Assembly (NCBI GenBank): GCA_963588595.1
Contig: CAVAIA010000054.1
Span: forward strand, 3,067-67,066
DNA: 64,000 nt
Source: a bacterium
Lineage (GTDB): Bacteria > Actinomycetota > Coriobacteriia > Coriobacteriales > Eggerthellaceae
Reading direction: 5' to 3'
Shown here: in pieces, positions 9,836 to 18,225 of the stretch
Numbering within the stretch: position 1 is the first letter of the stretch
Layout: every line of letters begins with the position of its first letter
The notes under the pieces: generated by a model
Told to the model about the DNA's origin: nothing
Database searches by the model: none
What the model saw: only the letters and a program-made list of their open reading frames with translations
Position numbers and translations under genes: made by a program

Positions 9836-9851
9836 TATCGTATATACGATA
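9836..9851. promoter_or_regulatory. Perfect 16-bp palindrome TATCGTATATACGATA upstream of the ferredoxin gene (candidate operator overlapping a promoter)
   Basis: Read directly from the sequence. Its reverse complement is identical. It lies 38 nt upstream of ATG 9889. Confidence 0.5.
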
Positions 9852-9888
9852 GTTTTGGATATTAAATTTTAGTTTTGTAAAGGAGTTA

Positions 9889-10080
9889 ATGATGCCACGT
9901 CCAATTTTAGACACGACAGAGTGTATTGCATGCGAAGTTTGTGTTGAAGCTTGTCCTCAAGGCGTTTTGGAAGTGAAAGGCGACGTTGTTGAGGTCGTTG
10001 CAGAGGATAGCTGCATTGGTTGCGGTGATTGCATGGAGGAATGCCCGATGGGATGCATCACCGAAATTCAAGAAGACTAG
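9889..10080 (+). CDS. 2x[4Fe-4S] ferredoxin
   Basis: Two motifs, CIACEVCVEACP and CIGCGDCMEECP. SD aaaggag lies upstream. Confidence 0.9.
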   Translation: MMPRPILDTTECIACEVCVEACPQGVLEVKGDVVEVVAEDSCIGCGDCMEECPMGCITEIQED

Positions 10081-10092
10081 AATTTCTAACCA

Positions 10093-10707
10093 ATGCATAG
10101 AGTTATTGTTGCAACTTCAAATGAGGGAAAAGCAAGAGAGCTTGAAGCGATGCTCAAGCTCTCTAATTATAAGCTCGAGTCCTTAAAGGAAGCTGGTATT
10201 GAAAGCGACCCTGTCGAAGATGAAACGACTTTTCTCGGCAACGCGAGAATCAAGGCGAGAGCGGCATTTGAGGAGTGCAAGAAAAGAAACATCGAAGCTT
10301 GCGTTTTAGCTGACGATTCAGGCATTTGTATAGATGCTTTGGACGGAAGACCTGGAGTTTTGTCTGCAAGATATGCAGGAGTTGGCGCAGGTCAAGATGC
10401 TATCAACAAAAAGATTTTCGAAGAACTAAAAGATGTCCCTATGGAGAAAAGGGACGCTCATTTCACGTGTAGTTTGTTTTTCATCATGGAGGATGGTGAA
10501 GAAATTCGGGTCGAAGGGAATTGCTTTGGGCGAATCGCTTTTTCACCTAAGGGTGAGCATGGTTTTGGCTATGACCCAATCTTTCTTTCAAAAGATTTCA
10601 ACTATGAGAAGACATTTGGGGAAATTGATTCGGACATCAAGAACGAGATATCACACCGAGCTCGAGCGGTTAGCCAACTTAAAATGGCGCTTTCTTTTTT
10701 CAATTAA
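10093..10707 (+). CDS. rdgB: Non-canonical purine NTP pyrophosphatase (RdgB/HAM1 family)
   Basis: VATSNEGKARE, DDSGICIDALDGRPGV.SARYAG, GFGYDPIF. Confidence 0.9.
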   Translation: MHRVIVATSNEGKARELEAMLKLSNYKLESLKEAGIESDPVEDETTFLGNARIKARAAFEECKKRNIEACVLADDSGICIDALDGRPGVLSARYAGVGAGQDAINKKIFEELKDVPMEKRDAHFTCSLFFIMEDGEEIRVEGNCFGRIAFSPKGEHGFGYDPIFLSKDFNYEKTFGEIDSDIKNEISHRARAVSQLKMALSFFN

Positions 10708-10710
10708 AAA

Positions 10711-10734
10711 CCCTCAAGCGTTCAAACTTGAGGG
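10711..10734. terminator. Bidirectional intrinsic terminator between rdgB and feoB
   Basis: Hairpin ccctcaag-cgttcaaa-cttgaggg (8-bp perfect stem), A-run 5' and T-rich 3'. Confidence 0.75.
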
Positions 10735-10768
10735 CTTTAATTTGGATTATATATAAAAACTTTGCAGA

Positions 10769-13063
10769 TTAGTTTTTATGACAATATCCTTTAGCGGGGC
10801 AAGTTTCACATCCGCAATCGCAAAGTGCGCTCCCGCCTTTTCTTTTTCGGTCCACCATGCGCCATATGATAATGGCAACGATGGCAATGAGCAAAACAAC
10901 AACGCCCGTGAAATCAAATTGTCCAGTTATAACATTGCCAATTTGGTTTATCAACATGGCAACCAGATAAGCAAATCCGCATTGATAACCGATCGCAAAC
11001 CAAAACCAACGAGAATTATTCATCTCTCGCTTTATTGCTCCCATCGCAGCAAAGCAAGGGGCGCAAAGAAGATTGAAGAACAAAAACGCGAGAGCGGCTT
11101 GCGCAGGCAAACTTGAGAAGAAAGTTGCAACGCCGCTCGTTCCGCCATAAATAACGCTCATCGTTGAAACGAGGTTTTCTTTTGCGACAAGTCCTGTTAG
11201 AACTGTGACAGTTGTTTGCCATTCTCCAAATCCAAGGGGAGCAAATATCCAACAAATGACTCCGCCGAGCATCGCGAGGATAGAGAAGTTAATTTCTTCT
11301 TCCTCAAGCATCCTGAATTCGCCATCAGCGACTCCGAAGTTAAGAAGGAACCAAATGACGATAGTTGAAAGCAAGATGATCGTTCCAGCCTTTTTGATGA
11401 ATGCCCATGAGCGATCCCACATAGTTTTTAGGACGGAGGTGAGCTTCGGGAGGTGATATTGAGGCAGCTCCATAATAAATGGAGACGATTGAGCTTTAAA
11501 CGACTTTAAGCGTTGCAAGAAAAGGCCGCTGATCAAAATTGCAAGAACGCCACCGAAGTAGGCAAGAGTTGAGATTAGCGCTGCATAAGATCCACCCATA
11601 ATTGCGCCAGCGATAAGGGAGATGATTGGAATCTTCGCATTGCAAGGAATCATCGTTGTTGTCATTGCAGTTATGCGCCTCTCCTTTGGCTCTTCAATCG
11701 TTCTAGTTGACATAATTGCAGGAACGCCACATCCAGTTGACAAAAGCATTGGGATGACGCTTTTTCCAGATAGCCCAAACTTCCTAAATAAGCGATCCAA
11801 AACGAATGCCACTCGCGACATATATCCACATTCCTCGATGAATGCAAGACACAAGAACAAAACCATCAATTGCGGAACGAAACCAAGAACCGCTCCAACG
11901 CCTCCAATAATTCCATCAACGACAAGCCCAACAAACCATGGAGGAGAATCGATAGATTCCAGCCAATTTCTTGCTGCATCGTTAACCGATGGGACGAATC
12001 CTTCATATTGAGAAGGGTCTGGCTCATCGGTTTGTGCCGCGTTAACACCGCTAGCAAATCTCTCACAAGCTTCCTCGTAAGCTTGTTGGCTTTGTTCATT
12101 TACGAAAAACCCATCCCCGAACAGACCGTCATTAACCCAATCTGTTGCAGGTTGACCAACCCACACCATAGCTATGTTAAAGATAAGGAACATAACAAGC
12201 GCAAATATAGGAATCCCAAGCCAACGGTTTGTTACGATCGCGTCAATTTTTTCACTGATTGGAGTTTTTTTCTTCTCTGGTTCTTTTTTTGCAAGAGACA
12301 CAATTGGGACGATATAGTCATAGCGAGCATTCGTTATAATCGTTTCTGCGTCATCTCCAAGCTCTTTTTCTGCGCTAACTATGTCTTGCTCTATGTGGTC
12401 TCGATCCTCTTTCGAGATGTTGAGTTTCTCTAAAATCTTCTCGTCACGCTCAAAAATCTTTATTGCATACCACTTTTGCATAGACGAAGGTTCATCGTGC
12501 AAAACTCTCTCCTCAATGTGGGCTAGAGCATGTTCAACGCACCCTGCGTAGAAGTGTTTAGGATCGTGATATCCCTGTTTTGCAACTTCTATGGCAGCTT
12601 TTTTAACTTCTTCTATGTTTTCGCCCTTCGCGGCAGATATTTCAATTACAGGGCACCCCAATTTTTCGCTCAAAAGCTTAGTGTTAAGACTAGTTCCGCT
12701 CTTTTTAACAACGTCCATCATGTTGATTGCTATGACAATTGGAATCCCAAGATCCATGAGTTGCGTTGTTAGATAGAGGTTTCTCTCAATGTTAGAGCCG
12801 TCAACGATGTTTAAGATGACGTCAGGTTTTTCGTCTATGAGGAAGTTTCTTGCAACGACCTCTTCTTGTGTGTAAGGGGAAAGGGAATAAATCCCAGGCA
12901 AGTCAGTGATTTGAACATCCTTTTCGCCTCGAACGAACCCATGTTTCTTTTCGACCGTGACGCCAGGCCAATTTCCAACATATTGATTCGCTCCAGTTAG
13001 AGCATTAAATAGAGTTGTCTTCCCAGAGTTTGGATTACCTGCGAGTGCTATATTGATAGTCAT
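10769..13063 (-). CDS. feoB: Ferrous iron transporter FeoB with a fused C-terminal TM + Cys-rich tail
   Basis: G-domain AGNPNSGKTTLFNALTG, DLPGIYSL. Polytopic core. The tail is VVVLLIAIVAIIIWRMVDRKRKGGSALCDCGCETCPAKGYCHKN. Confidence 0.95.
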   Translation of the reverse strand: MTINIALAGNPNSGKTTLFNALTGANQYVGNWPGVTVEKKHGFVRGEKDVQITDLPGIYSLSPYTQEEVVARNFLIDEKPDVILNIVDGSNIERNLYLTTQLMDLGIPIVIAINMMDVVKKSGTSLNTKLLSEKLGCPVIEISAAKGENIEEVKKAAIEVAKQGYHDPKHFYAGCVEHALAHIEERVLHDEPSSMQKWYAIKIFERDEKILEKLNISKEDRDHIEQDIVSAEKELGDDAETIITNARYDYIVPIVSLAKKEPEKKKTPISEKIDAIVTNRWLGIPIFALVMFLIFNIAMVWVGQPATDWVNDGLFGDGFFVNEQSQQAYEEACERFASGVNAAQTDEPDPSQYEGFVPSVNDAARNWLESIDSPPWFVGLVVDGIIGGVGAVLGFVPQLMVLFLCLAFIEECGYMSRVAFVLDRLFRKFGLSGKSVIPMLLSTGCGVPAIMSTRTIEEPKERRITAMTTTMIPCNAKIPIISLIAGAIMGGSYAALISTLAYFGGVLAILISGLFLQRLKSFKAQSSPFIMELPQYHLPKLTSVLKTMWDRSWAFIKKAGTIILLSTIVIWFLLNFGVADGEFRMLEEEEINFSILAMLGGVICWIFAPLGFGEWQTTVTVLTGLVAKENLVSTMSVIYGGTSGVATFFSSLPAQAALAFLFFNLLCAPCFAAMGAIKREMNNSRWFWFAIGYQCGFAYLVAMLINQIGNVITGQFDFTGVVVLLIAIVAIIIWRMVDRKRKGGSALCDCGCETCPAKGYCHKN

Positions 13064-13064
13064 C

Positions 13065-13289
13065 CTATTCCACCTCCACGAGTTCAGCGTCTTTTCTTCT
13101 AAGACTTAAGTGATATCCGCGAAGTTCAAGCTCCATAGGGTCTCCCAAAGGAGCGTTTTTAACAACACTAATTTGAGTCCCCCGCGTTATTCCCATGTCC
13201 ATTATTCGCCTTCGAAGCGCACCTTCCCCATGTATTTTTTTAACGATAAATTGCTCTCCGACTTTTGCATCTTTCATTGTCTTCATCAA
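13065..13289 (-). CDS. feoA: FeoA family iron transport protein
   Basis: SH3-like FeoA pattern: VKKIHGEGALRRRIMDMGITRGTQISVVKNAPLGDPMELELRGYHLSLRR. Lies 1 nt from the feoB start. Confidence 0.9.
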   Translation of the reverse strand: MMKTMKDAKVGEQFIVKKIHGEGALRRRIMDMGITRGTQISVVKNAPLGDPMELELRGYHLSLRRKDAELVEVE

Positions 13290-13334
13290 ATTCTCCTAAT
13301 TTCAAAACTTTTTAAACAGTTATTCGAAACATAA

Positions 13335-13382
13335 GTTAGCATAAGCTAACAACCTTTTAAAAATATGTTAGCATATGCTAAC
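13335..13382. promoter_or_regulatory. Two 16-bp palindromes (GTTAGCATAAGCTAAC and GTTAGCATATGCTAAC), centres 32 bp apart, in the feoAB upstream region. Candidate metalloregulator operators.
   Basis: Read directly at 13335..13350 (one mismatch) and 13367..13382 (perfect). Confidence 0.55.
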
Positions 13383-13435
13383 TCAAAATGCAGAAGAAAA
13401 TTAAAAAATTTTTTAATCTTTAAACTTTGAAGCGC

Positions 13436-15019
13436 TTAGAGAGTTATTTTGAATAGATTTTTAAGGTCAATGAGTTCTTTAAATTCCGAAAGAATGTCAT
13501 CAGAGACCTCTTCGCCGACATTAACGAAGACTAAGGCTGTCTTATCGTCTGAAGACGTTGCAATTTGCATCGTTGATATATTGATGCCGTGGTTGCCTAA
13601 AATTGTTCCTATCTTTCCGCAAACGCCAGGCTGATCATCATATTCGAAAACAAGCGCATGCTTTGATGGAGCAACGTCGATTTTATAGCCCATAATTGAG
13701 ATGATTCTTGGCAGCTTATTTTCTCCAAACACTGTTGCCGCAAGTTCGATCTCGTCTGCCTCTATCCGAATTCCTGCAGCGTATTCGCCTGCAACTTCTG
13801 TGTTTGTGCAACTTATGTCAACGCCGTGCCTTGCTCCCAAGCTCTTTGCCTCAAGCATAGTTTGAACTTGAGAGTGTTTCGATTCGAGCATTCCTTCCAA
13901 AACGCTTGCAACAAGGGAAGTTGGGTTTAGCTCAGCAAGGTTGCCCATCATTTGAACTTTAACATTCCTTGGAACGCTTCCGTTAATTTGGTGGATGAGG
14001 CGTCCCATCATGTTAGCTGCCGGCAAAAATGGAGCGATGCGTCGAGACATCTCGCTTTGAGTGTTTGTTGCTGACAATGCAGTTGGAACGAGCGATCCTT
14101 CAAGCCCTGCCCAAACGTAGTCTGCAATTTGCATTCCGCTTCTGACTTGAGCTTCCTTTGTCAAAGCTGAAATGTGTGGCGTTATAATCGCATTTTCAAG
14201 TTCGTGGAGAGGTGAATTTTCGCAAGGCTCATCGTCAAAAACATCAACACCGCAAGACGCAATTTTTCTAGCTGCAACGAAATCGGCGAGAGAATCCATG
14301 TCGAGAATCGCAGGTCTTGAGGTGTTTATCAAAATGGCGCCTGTTTTAAAGTTAGCAAAATCTTCCGGTCCAAACATTCCTCTCGTTGTTGATGTGACGG
14401 GAAGATGGATTGAAACAAAATCCGCTTGCTTCAATATTTCCTCTTTGCTGTTAATTAAAGTGACGGAAAGTTGCGTTGCGCGCTCTGGATTGCAATATGG
14501 GTCATAGGCTAAAACCCTCATTCCAAATGCTGCTGCGCGCTCAGCGACCATAGAGCCAACTCTTCCAAGCCCGAAGAGTGCAAGCGTTTTTGCATATAAC
14601 TCAACGCCCAAAAAGTTGTTTCTGTTCCATTTGTGAGCGTGCATCGTTTGATTCGCTTGAGGGACTTTTCTTGCACAAGAAAGCATCAGAGCGAAGGTGT
14701 GTTCTGCTGCAGAAACTATGTTTGAGGTGGGCGCGTTGCAAACAATGATGTCTAGCTCGTTTGCCGTTTCTAAGTCTATGTTGTCAACAGTGACCCCCGC
14801 TCTTCCAACAACCCTTAGTTTTTTTCCTGCCTTTAGAAGTTTTTCGTCAACGAGAGTGGCGCTCCTTACGATTAAGGCATCATATTCAGGAATTATTGCG
14901 CAAAGTTGATCGGTTGTTAGCCCCAACTTTTCGTCAACAACATAGCCTTTTGATTCTAGGGCAGCAATTCCTTCATCTGCGATTTTTTCTGTCACTAAAA
15001 TTTTAGTTGGCATGCTCAA
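13436..15019 (-). CDS. serA: D-3-phosphoglycerate dehydrogenase (long form with C-terminal ACT domain)
   Basis: NAD-binding fold GLGRVGSMVAERA, catalytic ...TPHISA..., and about 130 extra C-terminal aa (ASB/ACT). Confidence 0.9.
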   Translation of the reverse strand: MSMPTKILVTEKIADEGIAALESKGYVVDEKLGLTTDQLCAIIPEYDALIVRSATLVDEKLLKAGKKLRVVGRAGVTVDNIDLETANELDIIVCNAPTSNIVSAAEHTFALMLSCARKVPQANQTMHAHKWNRNNFLGVELYAKTLALFGLGRVGSMVAERAAAFGMRVLAYDPYCNPERATQLSVTLINSKEEILKQADFVSIHLPVTSTTRGMFGPEDFANFKTGAILINTSRPAILDMDSLADFVAARKIASCGVDVFDDEPCENSPLHELENAIITPHISALTKEAQVRSGMQIADYVWAGLEGSLVPTALSATNTQSEMSRRIAPFLPAANMMGRLIHQINGSVPRNVKVQMMGNLAELNPTSLVASVLEGMLESKHSQVQTMLEAKSLGARHGVDISCTNTEVAGEYAAGIRIEADEIELAATVFGENKLPRIISIMGYKIDVAPSKHALVFEYDDQPGVCGKIGTILGNHGINISTMQIATSSDDKTALVFVNVGEEVSDDILSEFKELIDLKNLFKITL

Positions 15020-15069
15020 GCCTTCTCTCTCGTTCTTTTTAACTTTAGTTAGCTTTGTTTAAAAAACAA

Positions 15070-16152
15070 TTAGGCGTTATCTTTCTCAAACTTCTCCATA
15101 AATGAAACAAGTTTGTCAACGCCCTCTGGTGGCATAGCGTTGTAGATGCTAGCTCTCATGCCTCCAACGCTTCTATGACCTTTCAACGACTTCAATCCTG
15201 CCTCAGTTGCCTCTGAAATGAATTTTGCATCAAGATCAGCATCTCCTGTCACAAATGGAACATTCATGATGGAGCGGCTTGACGGCTCAACCGTTGAGTT
15301 AAACATTTTTGAAGAATCTAGGAAGTCATATAACTTTTTTGCCTTCTTTTCATTTTGCTCATGCATCGCATCGAGCCCGCCAAGTTCTTTTAGCCATTTA
15401 AAGGTTAGTCCACACATATAAATTCCCCAGCAATTTGGAGTGTTCATCAAGCTATTCGCATCCGAGTTCTTTTTGTAGTTGAGAATCGAAGGAGTTCCAG
15501 GAAGGATGTCTTCTGTGATCAAGTCTTCGCGGATTATGACTATTGCAAGTCCCGCTGGTCCTATGTTCTTTTGAACGCCTCCATAGATAACGCCATATTT
15601 TTTGACGTCGTGCTTCTCGCTTAAGAACATCGATGAAACGTCACTCACAAGCGGAAGATCCCCTGTGTTTGGCAACTTTGGATATTTAGCGCCATAAACT
15701 GTTTCATTTTCGCAAATGTAGACATAGTCTGAATCTTCGTTAAATTTGAGGCTGTCGATGTCAGGGATTTTTGTGAAGTTGACGTCTTCAGAACTTGCAA
15801 CAACATTAACCTCACCAAAGAGTTTTGCCTCTCCAGATGCCTTTTTTGACCAATTTCCTGTGACGATGTAGTCCGCTTTTTTGTTCTTCATCAAGTTCAT
15901 AGGGACCGCAGCGAATTGACCCGTTGCACCTCCTTGCATGAAGATAACGCGATAGTTGGCAGGAATGTCTAAAAGCTCGCGAAGATCAGCTTCAGCTGTC
16001 TCGATGATTTCAGCGAAGTCTTTTGAGCGATGGCTCATCTCCATAACAGACATCCCGCATCCATGATAATCAACCAAGTCTTTTTGAGCACTCTCCAAAA
16101 CTTCGAGGGGGAGAGTTGCAGGTCCTGCAGAAAAGTTGTAAACGCGTGTCAT
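15070..16152 (-). CDS. serC: Phosphoserine aminotransferase
   Basis: YNFSAGPATLP, MSHRSK.F, GGVQKNIGPAG. Confidence 0.9.
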   Translation of the reverse strand: MTRVYNFSAGPATLPLEVLESAQKDLVDYHGCGMSVMEMSHRSKDFAEIIETAEADLRELLDIPANYRVIFMQGGATGQFAAVPMNLMKNKKADYIVTGNWSKKASGEAKLFGEVNVVASSEDVNFTKIPDIDSLKFNEDSDYVYICENETVYGAKYPKLPNTGDLPLVSDVSSMFLSEKHDVKKYGVIYGGVQKNIGPAGLAIVIIREDLITEDILPGTPSILNYKKNSDANSLMNTPNCWGIYMCGLTFKWLKELGGLDAMHEQNEKKAKKLYDFLDSSKMFNSTVEPSSRSIMNVPFVTGDADLDAKFISEATEAGLKSLKGHRSVGGMRASIYNAMPPEGVDKLVSFMEKFEKDNA

Positions 16153-16239
16153 TTTTATTCCTTTCTCTAAAAAAGAGCTAAATAGGTGAAAAATTGTTAA
16201 TTAAAGTTTATAGCAACAGAAGGTTTAATTTTTAGAATT

Positions 16240-17115
16240 CTATCCATTTGCGAGCAAAAAACGGTTTTTGCCACATAAATCATTTTTGATCGCCACGTTT
16301 TTAAAGCCTTGTTCAATTGCGTATTGTTTTGCTTTTTGCATATGCTCTTCGAACAATTCAACTATTAAAAGACCATTTGGCTCAATTAAGTGTTTTGCCG
16401 ACTCAACTAACGATTTGAAAACGTCTAGACCATCCTTTCCACCATTAAGTGCGGTCGCAGGCTCCCAAAGTTTAACTTCGTCATCGAGATCCTCATAAAC
16501 GCCTGTTGGGACGTAAGGAGGGTTTGAGGCGATAACATTAAATAAGTTTCTGGAATGTTGATAGTAGTCAAATTTGTCAAGGCAATTTGAAACTTCGAAA
16601 TCAATTTTGTCAAGGACGTCGTTGTCTTTTGCATTAGTCTTTGCGACTTCTATCGCGTCTTTTGATATGTCAGTTGCATAAACGTGGCAATTTTTAATTT
16701 CTTTTGCGCAAGAAATAGCGATGCATCCGCTTCCAGTCCCTATGTCTGCTATTAAAGGTTCATCAATCTTTTGTTCTTTGACGTAATAGGAGATGAAGTC
16801 AACCATCAATTCTGTTTCTGGGCGAGGAATCAAAACGGATTTGTTGACCTTTAGGTCTAGATATCTAAAGGGTGCATGACCGAGCGCATATTGAACAGGC
16901 ATTCCTTGGATAATTTTGTCAGATATTGAGTCGAGCTCATCGCACTCACTTTGTGATATCCTTCTTTGCTTTAAAAGGAGGGAGGCGCAAGGCTCTTTTA
17001 GAACATCGCTTAACACGAGGTGAACGACATTTTTTGCGTTGGCAACTCCCGCTTCACTATAAACACTAATCAGATAGTTTTCAACGTCAATTATGTGAGG
17101 GGGAGACATTTGCAT
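16240..17115 (-). CDS. prmC: Release-factor glutamine N5-methyltransferase
   Basis: DIGTGSGCIAIS SAM motif and NPPY motif (IASNPPYVP). Immediately downstream of prfA. Confidence 0.9.
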   Translation of the reverse strand: MQMSPPHIIDVENYLISVYSEAGVANAKNVVHLVLSDVLKEPCASLLLKQRRISQSECDELDSISDKIIQGMPVQYALGHAPFRYLDLKVNKSVLIPRPETELMVDFISYYVKEQKIDEPLIADIGTGSGCIAISCAKEIKNCHVYATDISKDAIEVAKTNAKDNDVLDKIDFEVSNCLDKFDYYQHSRNLFNVIASNPPYVPTGVYEDLDDEVKLWEPATALNGGKDGLDVFKSLVESAKHLIEPNGLLIVELFEEHMQKAKQYAIEQGFKNVAIKNDLCGKNRFLLANG

Positions 17116-17127
17116 GAGAAGAGGAGT

Positions 17128-18201
17128 TTAAACTGCTTCCTCGAGTTTTTGCGCACGATCTGCAGCTTGAAGCGCATTTATCATGTCAATAAGCTTGTCC
17201 CCAAGAAGAACACCGTTATAAGTCATAGAGACGCCAATTCTGTGGTCTGTAACCCTGTCTTGAGGACCGTTGTAGGTTCTTATCTTTTCTGCACGATCTC
17301 CGCTTCCAATTTGAGCTAGCCTTTTTGCGCCTTCTTCTGCTTGTTGGTCAGCTAGCATTTTTTCATAAAGCCTTGCTCTAAGGACGCTCATCGCTGCAAT
17401 TTTATTTTGCAATTGCGATTTTTGGTCTTGCGATTGAACAACTAGTCCAGTCGGTAAGTGAGTTATCCTAACAGCTGAGTCGGTTGTGTTTACGCATTGA
17501 CCGCCAGGACCGCCTGCTCTAAACACGTCGATTCTAAGGTCTCCTTCGTTGATTTCCACCTCAACTTCATCGGCTTCAGGCAAAACTGCAACAGTTGCAG
17601 TTGATGTGTGGATTCTGCCTTGGCTTTCCGTTTTTGGGACTCGTTGGACTCTATGAACACCACTTTCAAATTTCATGAGCGAATAAACGTAGTTTCCCTT
17701 AACTTTGAACTGTATTTCCTTAAAGCCTCCAACTTCGCTTGCAGAAACGTCCATGTTCTCAATTTTCCAACCTTGATCGCCGCAAAAACGTTCATACATC
17801 TTATAAAGGTCGCCTGCAAAAATTGCAGCTTCATCTCCTCCAGCAGCAGCGCGAATCTCAACTATGATATCTTTTTCGTCTGCTGGATCCTCAGGAATGA
17901 GAAGAAACTTTATCTTTTCTTCGAGTTCAGGGAGCTCAGGCTCTATCCTGGCAATTTCTTCTGCAGCAAACTCCTTCATCTCAGAATCGCTTTGCATTTC
18001 TTTTGCATCTTTAAGATCGTTTGAAAGCTTCACGTATTTTTTAGCGAGAGTTGCAAGTTCGCCTTGATGAGAATATTCCTTTGCGAGGCGGTTATATTCC
18101 TTTGTGTCAGCGATAACGGTCGGATCTGCCATTTTTTTCTCAAGGTCGGAATATGCCTCAAGAAAATCGCACATTTTATTTTTTAATTCAACGTCTGCCA
18201 T
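17128..18201 (-). CDS. prfA: Peptide chain release factor 1
   Basis: GGQ motif (AGGPGGQCVNTTDSAVRITHLPTG) and the RF1-type PxT region. Confidence 0.95.
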   Translation of the reverse strand: MADVELKNKMCDFLEAYSDLEKKMADPTVIADTKEYNRLAKEYSHQGELATLAKKYVKLSNDLKDAKEMQSDSEMKEFAAEEIARIEPELPELEEKIKFLLIPEDPADEKDIIVEIRAAAGGDEAAIFAGDLYKMYERFCGDQGWKIENMDVSASEVGGFKEIQFKVKGNYVYSLMKFESGVHRVQRVPKTESQGRIHTSTATVAVLPEADEVEVEINEGDLRIDVFRAGGPGGQCVNTTDSAVRITHLPTGLVVQSQDQKSQLQNKIAAMSVLRARLYEKMLADQQAEEGAKRLAQIGSGDRAEKIRTYNGPQDRVTDHRIGVSMTYNGVLLGDKLIDMINALQAADRAQKLEEAV

Positions 18202-18225
18202 TTTGATTATTAAATTGAAGTTAGT

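Noticed and set aside
17128-18201. Programmed +1 frameshift in a release factor gene
   Set aside because: The gene is RF1 (prfA) with one uninterrupted frame. The frameshift is a feature of RF2 (prfB).
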